DNA from: Vicugna vicugna
Lineage: Eukaryota
Length of the DNA stretch: 40,065 nt
Assembly: GCA_013265495.1 (NCBI GenBank)
Contig: MU058531.1
Location: 3,922,435 to 3,962,499, forward strand
Direction of reading: 5' to 3'
Shown: in pieces, positions 11,601-23,033 of the stretch
How the letters are laid out: every line of letters begins with the position of its first letter
How positions within the stretch are numbered: position 1 is the first letter of the stretch
Notes under the pieces: model-generated
Database searches by the model: none
What the model was told of the DNA's origin: nothing
Seen by the model: the letters and a program-made list of their open reading frames with translations, nothing else
Translations under genes and position numbers: made by a program

Positions 11601-12627
11601 ATACGAACAGCTCATGTAACTCAACAGCAATAACAACAACAAAAAAAAACCCAGTCAAAACTGGGCAGAATACCTAAACAAACACCTCTCCAATGAAGAC
11701 ATACAAATGGCCAATAGGCACATGAAAAATGCTCAATATCGCTAATTATCAGAGAAATACAAATCAAAACTACAATGAGGTATCACCTCAAACCAGTGAG
11801 AATGGCCCATAATTAAAAAGTCCACAAATGACAAATGCTGGAGAGGGTGTGGAGAAAAGGGAACACTCCTACGTTGTTGGTGGGAATGTAGCTTGGTGCA
11901 GCCATTATGGAAAACACTATGAAGATACCTTAAAAAACTAAAAATAGACTTGCTGTATGATCCGCTAAACCCACTCCTGGACATATAACCAGAGGGAACT
12001 CTAATTTGAAAAAATTTATGCAACACAGTGTTCATACTAGTACTATTTACAATAACCAAGATATGGAAACAACCTAAATGTCCATCCACAAATGACTGGA
12101 TAAAAAAGTTGTGGTAGAAACACACACACACATGCACACACACAATGGAGTACTACTCAGGCATAAAAAAGAATAAAATAATATTATTTGCAGCAACATG
12201 AATGTCCCTGGAGATTGTCATTCTAAGTGAAGTAAGCCAGAAAGAGAAAGAAAAATACCATATAATGTCAGTTATACGTGGAATCTTTTTTAAAAAAACA
12301 CAAATGAACTTATTTATAAGACAGAAACAGACTTTCAGACATAGAAAACAAACTTACAGTTACCAGGGAGGCAACCATAAAGGGATAAATTATTGAGGGA
12401 AAGGATAAATTGGGAGTTTGAGATTTACAGATACTAACTACTATATATAAAATACATAAACAGTGTATTTATACTGTATAGCACAGGGAACTGTATTCAA
12501 TCTTGTAGTAACCTATGATGAAAAGGAATATGAAAAGGAATATGTATATACAGATGTATGGCTGAAACATTATGCTGTACACCAGAAATAGAAAATTGGA
12601 AACTGACTATACTTTAATTAAAAAAAA
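8680..12627 (+). mobile_element. Composite L1 block: old ORF2 fragment, decayed 5'UTR/ORF1/endonuclease start, joined near 11180 to the ORF2 3' end, 3'UTR and A-tail of another L1
   Basis: ORF1-like FLNLGKEVDIKI...RILKAARE (9853..10212); EN start IVTLNVNGLNSP near 10830; ORF2 C-terminal and 3'UTR motifs ending actatactttaattaaaaaaaa. Confidence 0.85.
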
Positions 12628-12635
12628 GTTTTATT

Positions 12636-13665
12636 GTCTATTTAGGTCTTCTGCCCATTTTTGGATTGGGTTGCTTATTTTTTTATATTAAGCCGTATGA
12701 GCTGTTTGTATATTTTGGAAATTAGTCCCTTAACAGTCATATCATTTGCAAATATTTTCTCCCATTCTATAGGTTATCTTTGCATTTTGTTGATGGTATC
12801 CATAGCTGTGCAAAACCTTTTAAGTTTAATTGTATCTCATTTGTTTATTTTTGCTTTTATTTCCATTATTCTAGGAGCTGGTTCAAAAAAATGTTGCTGT
12901 GATTTACGTCAGTGTTGTGCCTATGTTTTCCTCTAGGAGTTTTATAGTATCTGGTCCTACATTTAGGTCTTCAATCATTTTCAGTTTATTTTTGTATATG
13001 GTGTTAGAGAATGTTCTAGTTTCATTTTTTTACAGGTGGCTGTCCAGTTTTTCCCAGACCACTTGTTGAAGAGACTGTCTTTTCTCCATTGTATATTGTT
13101 GTTCCCTTTGTCATAGATTAACATAGACCATAAGTGTGTGTGTTTAATTTCCGGATTTTCTATCATGTTACATTAATCTCTATGTCAGTTTTTGTGCCAG
13201 TACCATACTGTTTTATTACTGTAGCTTTGTATAGTCTGAAGTCAGGGAGCAAGATTCCCCCAGCTCCATTCTTCTTTTTCAAGACTGTTTTGGCCATTCA
13301 GCATCTTCTGTATTTTCATATAAAGTTCAACATTTTTTTTGTTCTAGCTCTGTGAAAAATGTCATTGGTAATTTGATAGGGATTGCATTGAATCTGTATA
13401 TTGCCATGTGTAGTACGGCCATTTTAACAATATTCATTCTTCCAATCCAGGAACACGGTATATCTTTCCATTTGTTTATGTTGTCTTCAGTTTCTTTCAT
13501 CAGTGTCTTACAGTTTTCAGAGTACAGGTCCTTTGCCTCCTTGGGTAGGTTTGTTCCTAGGTATTTTATTCTTTTTCATGCGATGGTAAATGGGATTCTT
13601 TCTTTCTCTTTTATTTCATTGTTAGTGTATAGAAATGCAAGTGATTTCTGTATATTAATACTGAT
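12636..13665 (-). mobile_element. Antisense L1 ORF2 fragment
   Basis: Minus-strand IENPEI...[11 protein letters not shown]...LTPYTKIN (12981..13166). Confidence 0.88.
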
Positions 13666-13677
13666 TTAATTAAAAGT

Positions 13678-14100
13678 TAAATTAAAATTGCACCAATAAA
13701 AAAACTTCGAATAAACCTGATCAAGGAAGTGAAAGACATATAGCTGAGAACTATAAAACATTGATAAAGGAAAATAAAGGTGATTTTAAAAAATGGAAAG
13801 TTATACCATGCTCTTGGATTAGAATAATTAATATTGTTAAAATAGCCATAATACCCAAAGCAATCCACAGATTTAATGCAGTCCCTATAAAAATTAACCA
13901 GGACATTTGCAGATACTAACTACTATATATAAAATAAACAGCTAGGTCCTACTGTATAGCAGAAAGAACTATATTCAGTACCTTTTAATAGTGTATTGTG
14001 AAAAGGCATGTATGTGTGTGTGTGTGTGTATCTGAATCACTATACGGTATACCAGAAACTAACACAACATTGTATTCTGACTATACTTCAATTTTTTTTT
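13678..14100 (+). mobile_element. Sense L1 ORF2 fragment joined to an L1 3' end
   Basis: aacctgatcaaggaagtgaaagac...ccatgctcttggattagaataattaatattgttaaaat, then gcagatactaactactatatataaaata...ctgactatacttcaat. Confidence 0.8.
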
Positions 14101-14338
14101 TAAAAAAGAGAGAAATGGGCTTCATAAGTAAAGTGGAGTAAAGCTGGGACACTCTTTTCTCAAGGAATGAAACTGTTGCTCTAAAGAAAGTGATGGCATT
14201 TACTTTATCTAGAGTAAGCTGGTTGGCTCTTTTAGATTTTAGAGCTCTGTGACAGTGGTAGCAAATTACTGCTTCTCTTTGTTCTAAATAAAGGTTACAC
14301 TGAGTCTTGGACTCACTCAAGTTTAAAGATTATAAAAC

Positions 14339-14353
14339 TAATCTTTTTGACCC
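14339..14353 (+). promoter_or_regulatory. Degenerate CAR/PXR direct-repeat element (putative)
   Basis: TAATCTtttTGACCC resembles the human CYP2C9/2C19 distal DR4 (CAAACTcttcTGACCY, recalled, not aligned); lies 136 bp upstream of the GRE-like site. Confidence 0.45.
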
Positions 14354-14474
14354 CCCGTTTAATTAATTGATACTGTAACTATTAACTAAGTCAGGATATT
14401 TGGAAATTCATTGACTAGGATGAATGAGAAAACATTGGGTCATAGAACACATTCAGCAGATGTGGTGACCCTGG

Positions 14475-14489
14475 TGAACTGAATGTTTG
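14475..14489 (+). promoter_or_regulatory. Glucocorticoid-response-element-like site (putative)
   Basis: TGAACTgaaTGTTTG, close to the human CYP2C9/2C19 GRE as I recall it (TGAACTgaaTGTTTT); 2.3 kb upstream of the copy B ATG. Confidence 0.55.
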
Positions 14490-14499
14490 CTTGGAGGGA

Positions 14500-14650
14500 A
14501 GCACCCATGATCCAGGAGACATGAGTCCCAGTCTCAGCTCTACCACCTGCAGGACTGTGTCCTTGACACAAGTACTGAATCTCCAAGGCCCAGTTTCCTT
14601 ATCCATAAATGGAAATAATTTTACCTTGCTCAAAGGAAATTGAGAGACTA
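14500..14650 (+). mobile_element. MIR SINE
   Basis: gtcccagtctcagctctaccac...ctgtgtccttga...cccagtttccttatccataaatggaaataat MIR core. Confidence 0.75.
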
Positions 14651-15134
14651 TTCAAAAGAGATATCATGGATTTGAAGATTCTCTGTTACATGAGGAATAA
14701 AACATGAATCCATGTAAATATGGGGAATAAAATATTTTGTAATTAGGTCTTGACAAAAACTTACTTTTCCTTACTAAAAGAGCTTAGAAAGAACTTCACT
14801 AATCAGTTTAGAACAAACAGGATGATATCTTTGTAGAATACATGTTTTGTAAAGCATTGTCATTAATAATGTGTATCATTCCAGTTGTATTTAGGTCCTC
14901 ATCATCACTAAATGTCATCTCCTGTTCACATCTGCTTGTGGTGGTGGTTCTGTGCTGTGGGTCACTTTAATGAAGTCCCTGACTCCCATACTCCACTGAA
15001 TACACACCTGTTGCTCTGTGTGAAAATCTCCCTTGCTGTTGATGACACATTGAAATGAACATGGATTAACCACAGTTCAGGCTTACAGATGTGGAGTCAG
15101 GCAGCCATTGAGGATCTTGTGTCAGGCACGTCTC

Positions 15135-15410
15135 TGCACCAGTGAGAACTTGAACTTTCTTTGACCTGTACCAGACCCAAGGACACCACCAGCCATATTC
15201 AGAACAACACCTGCCAGCTGTACCCTATGGTCTCAAGGTCTCCCCTGGAAACTATGCAACCATTTTGGACCCAAACCATCCTTACTTAACAGGAACCCTC
15301 ACTTGTCTGATCCAGTTATAATTCTTGCCAAACAGTTTATGTAATTTTGCAGGTTTCGCCCTTATAAGCCTCCTCCAATTTGTAGTCCAGAGGAACACGA
15401 TCCAGAGTAA
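15135..15410 (+). mobile_element. LTR-like fragment (ERV1-type)
   Basis: ccttataagcctcctccaatttgtagtccagaggaacac resembles the reverse complement of the element at 15730-16195. Confidence 0.4.
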
Positions 15411-15457
15411 CATTTGTTGGGAGGGGGTTGGTTTGGTTTTTCTAAACTTGTTCTTGA

Positions 15458-15612
15458 GGCAGCTGTGGTGTAAGAGTGCATCACGATGGACATCAGAAGA
15501 TCTCAGTTTCTATTCTAGTTTTATTAATTTTGAGCCGTGTGACACCAGAGAGATCTGTTCACCCAGAATCTTCCTTTCCTCCGTTTGAAAAACACAGAAT
15601 TACAATCTCTAC
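15458..15612 (+). mobile_element. MIR SINE, decayed
   Basis: ggcagctgtggtgtaagagtgc...tcagaagatctcagtttct...ccgtgtgac...tttcctccgtttgaaaa. Confidence 0.6.
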
Positions 15613-15729
15613 CTTTGGATGTTTATTTTGCTGGGGAGAAAGAGGAGATTTCAAGGTAAAAGTCATACAAATTTACTTAGACAAATTATACGTGTTTGGC
15701 CATTCAAGATGTTTGAATTATGTTAGTGT

Positions 15730-16195
15730 TAACCAAGAATTACAAGAATGGAGATCTGGTTGAAACCACGGGGTGTTCATTTGGGGTTTGTTAGGATTGC
15801 AGTTCGGGAGACACATATCCAAGAAACATTTGAATTCTGTTCCTGGACTGCAAAATTGTGTTCTTCAGACAACAAAAAGTTTATTATAAAGGCCAAAACC
15901 ATCAAGGGTACATCGGTTTTTATTGAGAATTAGGAATCGAGATGGCAAAAAGAAGGGTGCTTATTAAGCAAGAATTGGTTGGGATTTGAAATGATTATGC
16001 AGTTATAAGGCGTGGAAACTGAATATATTTAAGATTTCAGGTAGCAGCTGCTGGAATATGTTGTTTTGAAAATGGCTGTTGGAGTTCCTGAGTCTGAGAC
16101 AGTTCAGAATTCAAGTTCTCAGTGATGCAGGAACAGGTCTGAAACCACATCCATAACTACCAACTGGCTTCATTTTGGATACCTGAACCATCATT
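15730..16195 (-). mobile_element. Solo LTR, ERV1-like
   Basis: ggattgcagttcgggagacacat...ttattataaagg...ctgaaaccacatccataac...ttcattttggatacctgaacca has an antisense LTR layout. Confidence 0.55.
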
Positions 16196-16466
16196 ACTCC
16201 ATTTTGATTTTAAATGACCTTAAATATGTCATCATTAACTGTTTTATGTATAGAGAACTGTAATTTTAGTACAGTACATTAAAATATTTTAAAATCTTTC
16301 ATTTTCAAGGACAAAGTATTCTAGTGTTAGATGTAGCATGAAAGACAAACTTTTTTAATTTAAAAAAACAGCATAGAATACACTGATCATCCTCAAAGGC
16401 ATAAATTGCCAACTCATTGATTCTAATCCAGAGTTATGGGCCCTTTTTGGCATCAGATTATTTATG

Positions 16467-16572
16467 TCAATGGTTCTCAATCCTGGCTATACAGTGGAAC
16501 CACTTTTTTTTTTTAATTATCTATACCTGGACCCCAACCCAGTACATTTAAACCAGAATCTCCAGAGTGGTC
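16467..16572. mobile_element. MER5-like DNA transposon fragment
   Basis: caatggttctcaatcctggct...cctggaccccaaccca...aaaccagaatctcc. Confidence 0.65.
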
Positions 16573-16590
16573 ACTGGACACAGAGAAAAC

Positions 16591-16638
16591 AAGACTAAAG
16601 GACACTTTATTTTTATCCTCATCAGCAGACAAAGTCCA
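16591..16638 (+). promoter_or_regulatory. Two HNF4A-type DR1 (HPF-1) sites
   Basis: AAGACTAAAGGACA (16591-16604) and CAGACAAAGTCCA (16626-16638), 185 and 150 bp upstream of the ATG, as in CYP2C proximal promoters. Confidence 0.75.
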
Positions 16639-16719
16639 CTCAGAACAGCACACAAAACAGATGTAATTGATTGGTCTCTTTGTACCCCTGAGAGGCACAG
16701 GTTGAATTAGCCGGACTGT

Positions 16720-16726
16720 TATAAAA
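16720..16726 (+). promoter_or_regulatory. TATA box of CYP2C copy B
   Basis: TATAAAA starting 56 bp upstream of the ATG at 16776. Confidence 0.75.
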
Positions 16727-16775
16727 GCTTTAGATTCCAGGCTCACAGCTGTCTAAGTAAGAAGAGGAGGCAACC

Positions 16776-16939
16776 ATGGATCCAGCTGTGGTCCTGGTGC
16801 TCTGTCCTGTTTGCTTCTCCTTTCACTCTGGATCCAGAGCTCTCAGAAAGGGAAGCTCCCACCTGGCCCCACTCCTCTCCCAATTCTTGGAAATATCCTA
16901 TAGTTAGATGTTAAGAACATCAGCAAGTCCTTGAACAAC
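16776..16939 (+). pseudogene. CYP2C: Copy B exon 1, disabled
   Basis: [10 protein letters not shown] / [44 protein letters not shown]; 164 bp versus canonical 168 (4-bp deletion near 16805), TAG at 16901-16903, donor GTAAGT changed to TTAAGT at 16940. Confidence 0.93.
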
Positions 16940-17599
16940 TTAAGTAGGTTTTTTGCTCCTCAGTGTCATGTAAAAGGTAAGTAAATTAAGCCCAAGTTAA
17001 AAAGTAGTATATATTCCTTTGGGCACACTGTCACAATAGATCATTGTGAAACAAACTACTCCCTGTAAATTAAATTATGGTATTTCTTCCTTTTCAGGAC
17101 TGTCACTGTCATAAAAAGGAATGAAATAATGTGTTTTGTGAGTAGAGAAACATTCAGGTCCTTGTGTGGTAGAATCAAAATAATACAGTGGCAAAAGCTG
17201 GGAATGTTGCTTCCCTTCCTTGTTTCACAGCTTTTTGCTATGCTTTGGGGCCGAAGGTAAATGGTAAGTGCAGAGTTTGTGCTTAGAGATTTTCTTGCAC
17301 AAGTCTTTTACTATATAAGCTGTGTGTTTTGTTCAGATGGCCCTGACAACAAAACTTTCCTGAAGAAGCAAATTGTGCCTGATGTTAAGGAAGTAGCTTG
17401 GGATCAGGACCAGCAAGAGTGAATGGAAGAGAGGAGTAATCAGTCAGGGCCCAATTGGTGGTAACAGCGTTCATGTGGATTCTGCACGAAGCTGCCGCCT
17501 GTACCCTATGAAGGCTGCAGGATGGAAGATACTGTTGTTCCATGAGATGCTGCATGTCCTGCACGGCTTCTGTGATGCTTGCTGTCTTTCTATGTTAGT

Positions 17600-17930
17600 A
17601 ATGCCAGCAGATCTCAGACTAGGCTGAGCATTAGAATTATCTGTATTTATTTTTTTAAACATAGAATTCTGGCATCACCATAGGGCGAGGAAATCAGAAT
17701 CCTCAGGGGTGAGCGCTACAGGTGATTCTGAAGCAGTCAGCTGGGTGTTGGTCCAAAGCTGGGCCTTGAGGATTGATGTGTTGTTTAAGAATCATAGGTT
17801 GAATAAGATTTTAGATTTGAATCTTCTGTATGGTAGCCATGGGAAGCTGGAAATGAACCAGAATTCCCTGGCCTCAGTTGTTTATTTATAAGTGGGATAA
17901 GTAAACCTGTAAGGATTAATTGTAATCTAT
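17600..17930. mobile_element. MER5-like fragment followed by a MIR fragment in intron 1
   Basis: gcattagaattatctg...aaatcagaatcctcagggg...caggtgattctgaagcag; then cctggcctcagttgttatttataagtgggataa. Confidence 0.55.
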
Positions 17931-18141
17931 GACCCGGTTACTCTGGTCATTGCCTAGGACACTGAGGCCACATATAAGTAGGATATGTAATAATCACTAT
18001 CATATTTACAGATTCAGAAATATTTTAGATTGTATGCAGCAATATAAAACATAAAAGTAGGATGATAATACGTTCTGCATCATACCCAATATACTATCAA
18101 ATAGTGACTTCTGTTATTGTTATGTGTATCTTCATTCCCAG

Positions 18142-18301
18142 CTCTCAAAAGTCTTGGCCCTGTGTTCACTGTGTATTTAGGCATGAAGCCCACTGTGGTG
18201 GTGCTTGGATACAAAGCCATGAAGGAAACTGACTGATCTGGGAGAGGGGTTTTCTGGAAGAGGTAGTCACCCAGTGATTGAAAGAACTGGTAAAGGACTT
18301 G
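18142..18301 (+). pseudogene. CYP2C: Copy B exon 2, frameshifted
   Basis: LSKV / GPVFTVYLGMKPTVVVLGYKAMKE / LTDLGEGFSGRGSHPVIERTGKGL; 160 bp versus 163 (1-bp and 2-bp deletions); AG and GT intact. Confidence 0.92.
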
Positions 18302-18305
18302 GTAG

Positions 18306-18602
<297 letters not shown>

Positions 18603-19644
18603 TGATTTCTATGCTAACTCTGATGAATGCTGTATCCTCCAGTGACGTCCTTGGAAACATTTCAGAGGCAGCCATATCTTTCATGTGGGTAGTGGTTGTC
18701 AGCACTTGTGTGGAGGAGGGAAAGAGTTGAGAGCACCAAAGGGGCTTTTGTGTGTCTGTGCTTGTTGTGTGTGTACACTATGACAGTGCACACGGTGTGG
18801 ATATAAAGGTCATTTAATCATACTCTCTCTTGCACTTTGGTTGTGTTCAAATCAGAAATCACAAGGAAAGTTTGAGTCATTTCCTGAATTAATTAGAGAA
18901 CAATGTTTTTCCTATAGCATAAATGTAGGTTATCTATTCCAGAGCATTTCACTTGTTAAATGGACATGGTAGAAATGACCTCCTCACACTCTTATGGAGC
19001 ATGAAACAAGAGACATGTGCCTTCACTTAATTGGACTATATTTACATGTTCTGCCTCACGCACATTTCAGAGTTATTTCCAGGGACCAGGCCTATAGTGC
19101 TGGTCAGTACTAATGCCATCTGTGGTTTTAATCTGTTCGGCATACCTTAGTACAATTCTCATCAATTATGATTTCTCTATAAGGACAGCACTATTTTTAA
19201 AATATCAGTATTTATTATTTCCTGTAACTCAGTACTCACTGTATTGATTTATACATTTTGAATAAACTCTTGCTACATCATAATTCTGTAAAGTAGCAAG
19301 TTATAAAATATTTTATTTAACTAGATTTAAACCTTACCTGCTTACCGTGGCCTTTGCTAAGTGAAATTTGGCTCTGTTTTCAATTTGGGAACTTTGCCCA
19401 ATCTTACTGGATTATGGTAACAAATGTATGGTAATCATGTACCTCTCATCGCCAGGTGTAATGACCTGTAATGTGTTTGTCACAATGACTCTGATTTTCA
19501 GCTTATGTTACAAATTAACCTGCTTTAAAATTCCTTAAAAGTAAAGTAAAGATAGCAAAGCAGATTTTATCTGTCAGTCAATATAGACTAAGAAATATCC
19601 AAGGATTTCCTAATCAGCCTCTACCAATCTAGCTAAAATGAAAG

Positions 19645-20645
19645 TTCATTTGGTCCTTCTGTGGCTTTATCTTGTTCCTTCGTTTGGAACATGATCCTCT
19701 GTCACTTCATTTTCCCCAGCTTGCTGCTTTTATGTCTACGTGTCTGGTAGGCTGATTGTATTTCCTGACCTTGAAGAAACGGCCTTTTGAAGGAGGTGTC
19801 CAAAGTGTCCCAGCGGCACACTGCATTTTGTCACTAGAGCTGCACAGTCCCCTTAGGTGGGCTGCGTTGGTCCTTTAGTTGTGGTGGGCTGACTTGCGGT
19901 CTGTCTGTCGGGCTTGGTTGGCTCTCAGTCTAGTTGGTTGCCTGTCCCTGCCTTGTGCAGAGGCTAACGGCCATGGTTGGCTGGGCTTTATCAGGAGGTG
20001 GCTTGCTGTGGACCCCTGGTGTCTCCGGTGCTAGTGCCGGCCGAGTGGTGGGCAGAGTGGGGGTTCAGGAGATTTCAGGCTGGTGCCCAGCACTGGAGGG
20101 TGAAGCCAGGTCCTGAGGCTACTGCTGTGCCCCTAGAGGGGCAGAGCTGGGTCCTGCGGACTGGTTATGGGCACCAGGAATTGCAGAGCTGGTGTGGGAA
20201 TGCTGGTAGGTGGGGCTGGTTCCTGACACAGCAGGTTGTGGGTTCTGGGGTGTCCTGAAGCTTGTGGTGGCCTACTGGTGGGCAGGGCTGGGGCCCAGCC
20301 TTTCCCAGGGTTGGTGCTGGCCTGCTGGTGTGTGAGCTGGGTCTGCATGCTGTCGGGCTGTCAGTGTCCTACAGCAGAGTTCACTGGTAGGTAAGGCTGA
20401 TCCTGAGGCTAGAGGAGGCTTGCTAGTGGATAGGGCCAGGGATTCTGGGACTGGTGCCTGATCCTTGTGGGTTTGCTTGGTCCTATGGTCTCTGGCTGCA
20501 GGGCCCTGGGGTTCTGGGTTTAGTGCTGGTGCACTGGTGTACGGGGCCAGGTCCATGGCCCTCTGGTGGGCAGGGCTGTATCCAGGGGCAGCTGTGGGGT
20601 CCAGGGGTCTTCAGGCAGCTTCTCTACTGGATGGTGAGGCACTGA
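19645..20645 (-). mobile_element. L1 GC-rich 5'UTR plus the first ~20 codons of ORF1, abruptly truncated
   Basis: Reverse strand from 19710 reads MK*QRIMFQTKEQDKATE, an L1 ORF1 N-terminus, preceded by ~0.9 kb of GC-rich, internally repetitive UTR. Confidence 0.75.
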
Positions 20646-21894
20646 TTTCTGGTCTCCACAGTATCTGTAGAAAAATGAGCTATTATCCTATTGAGGATCC
20701 TTTGTACACAATGAGTCACTTCTCTCTTGATGCTTTAAACATTCTTTGTTTTGCTTTGGCTTTTGAGAGTTTAAAATATGCCTTCCTGTGAGTCTGCTTG
20801 GATTTATCCTTCTCGGAGTTTGTTTAGCTTCTTGGAGCCATAGATTCATGTATTTCACCAAATTTTGGAAATTCCCAGCCACTCTTTTTTCAAATATTTA
20901 TTTTCTGTTCCTTCCCTCTCTCTTTTCTTGGATTCCCATAAAGTGGATGTTGGTACTCTTGATTGAGTTCCATAGATCCCTTAAGCTCTTTTCATTTTTC
21001 TTCATTCCTTCTCCTTTCTGATATTCACACAGGAAATTTCTGTTGTCCTGTCTTTAGGTTTGCTGAAAAACTAGCAAACCTGATTCTTAGGCTTCCTCCA
21101 GTGTTGTTGATACTTTCTGGTAATTTTTTTTTTCAATTTTAGGTATTGTGTTTTTTAGCTCCTGATTTTGTTTGATTTCCTTTTTTAATACTTTTCTCAT
21201 TATTCCCCACTTTTTTTTTTGAAGTGTAGTCAGTTATAATGTGTCAATTTCTGGTGTGCAGCATAATGTCCCTGTCATGCATATATATATATTTTTGTTT
21301 TCATATTATTTTACATTGAAGACTATTAAGAGATATTGAATATAGTTCCCTGTGCTATACAGAATAAATTTGTTTTTTAATCTATTTTTATATATAGTGG
21401 TTAACGTTTGCAAATCTCAAATTCCCAAATTTATCCCTTTCCACTCCCTCTTTCCCGGTAACCATAAAATTGTTTACTATGTCTGCGAGTCTGTTTCTGT
21501 TTTGTAGATGAGTTCATTAGTGTCCTCTTATTTCTTTGCTGCTTTTTGTTTTTGTTTTTGTTTTTTTTTTTAGATTCGACATATGAGTGACATCATATGG
21601 TATTTTTCTCTCTCTTTCTGGCTTACTTCACTTAGAATGAATATCTCCAGGTCCATCCATGTTGCTGCAAATGGCTATTCCCCACTTCTTCATACGTTTT
21701 CTCTGATTTTGTTTAGTTCTTGTACATAATTTTCTTAAGGTCTTTGAGTATATTTAAGACATGTATCTCAAGACTTTTATCTAGTAAGTCAGATGTCTGG
21801 GCTTCCTCAGGAATGATTTGTGTCAGCTTCTTTTTTGCCTGTTAATGGGTCATACTTACCATCTTTTTTGTATGCTTTGTAATTTTTTATTGAA
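20646..21894 (-). mobile_element. Old L1 ORF1 region (paralog of 496-1090), interrupted by a younger L1
   Basis: Minus-strand MAGNFQNLVKYMNLWLQEAKQTPRRINPSRLTGRHI (20688..20882). Confidence 0.8.
21213..21675 (-). mobile_element. 5'-truncated L1 3' end with 12-bp TSD, copy-B specific
   Basis: TATTCCCCACTT at 21201-21212 and 21676-21687; T-tail at the left; empty site in copy A near 890-900. Confidence 0.88.
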
Positions 21895-21904
21895 TCATTC
21901 CTAG

Positions 21905-22043
21905 GAAAAGGATAATCAACAACTGGAGTATACAACTGAAAACTTGGTATTCACTGTAAATGATTTGTTTGGAGCTGGGACAGAGAGAACGAGCGCCACT
22001 CTAAGATATGGTCTCCTCCTGCTCAAGCACCCAGAGGTCACAA
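21905..22043 (+). pseudogene. CYP2C: Copy B exon 6
   Basis: [46 protein letters not shown]; 139 bp (one Leu codon lost); ETTSTT changed to ERTSAT; last exon base is A rather than G. Confidence 0.95.
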
Positions 22044-22513
22044 GTATGACCAACATGGTGGGCAGGGTGATTTCAGGAGATATTGGAAAGAGACTGAGAG
22101 TGCTTCCTACCTTGTTTCTCTTAGAGAAGTATTTAAACCTATTTGAACAGCTTAATTTTTTTCTAATTTAATGAAGGGAGACTAATGGGACATCTTTACA
22201 TAATATGGGAGAATGACTGAGAAGAGTGAATACACTGTGGACAGTAGCAGAATCAACAAAGCAGCATCTGGATTTTGTGGGAAGTTGTTAGTAGCAGACA
22301 CAACCTGCATGACTTGGCCTGAAAGTACATCTTGGTTTTATTATAAAGGTCACTTTGATCTGTCCTCATTCTCAAAATGCAGTGTCCTAACACCAAGACA
22401 GGGAAAATGAAATCTCTCCTTCTTGAAGCATAAGTGGAAATCCTAGAAATTTAATGAGGCTTCCTGAGATAATTTGTACAACATGATAAGTGCTTTAAAA
22501 GTTTAGATTCACA

Positions 22514-23033
22514 GCTCTCTCTTCCTCGGCGCTACTTACTGAGGTGGCAGCCATCTCCTAGTCGGCATCATGGCTGCCCTCAGACCCCTCGTGAAGCCCA
22601 AGATCCTTAAAAAGAGGACCAAGAAGTTCATCTGGCAGCAGTCAGACTGGTATGTCAAAATTAAGAGGAACTGGCAGAAACCCAGAGGAATTGACAACAG
22701 GGTGTGCAGGAGGTTCAAGGGCTAGATCCTGATGCACTGCATTGGCTACGGGAGCAACAAGAAAACAAAGCACATGCTGCCCAGCGGCTTCCGCAAGTTC
22801 CTGGTCCACAACGTAAAGGAGCTTGAAGTGCTGCTGATGTGCGACAAATCTTACTGTGCTGAGATTGCTCACAACGTCTCCTCCAAGAACTGCAAAGCCG
22901 TTGTGGAAAGAGCAGCCCAGCTGGCCATCAGAGTTACCAATACCAACGCCAGGCTGCACAGTGAAAACAACAAATAGACAGCTCATGCACATTGTATTTG
23001 TATTAATAAAACCATGAAACTAAAAAAAAAAAA
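22514..23033 (+). pseudogene. RPL32: RPL32 (60S ribosomal protein eL32) processed pseudogene, full length
   Basis: 5'TOP CTCTCTCTTCC; intronless 408-bp CDS 22570-22977 ([20 protein letters not shown]...) with premature TAG at 22723-22725; AATAAA 23005-23010; A-tail 23022-23033; TSD TTAGATTCACA 22503-22513 and 23034-23044. Confidence 0.97.

Noticed and set aside
11742..13868. Hydrophobic membrane-protein-like ORFs (also 31455..32021 and 37314..37919)
   Set aside because: T-rich antisense frames of L1 ORF2; no start or splice context for real genes.
18142..18301. Compensating -1 and -2 deletions might restore the exon 2 frame
   Set aside because: The shifted segment contains TAG (18178-18180), and exon 1 is already disabled.
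19780..20645. GC-rich block with many overlapping ORFs, possibly a CpG-island gene
   Set aside because: It lies directly upstream of an antisense L1 ORF1 start, so it is an L1 5'UTR; the ORFs are by-products of GC content.
22642..22992. 116-aa minus-strand ORF and 81-aa plus-strand ORF
   Set aside because: Antisense shadow and post-stop remnant of the RPL32 retrocopy.
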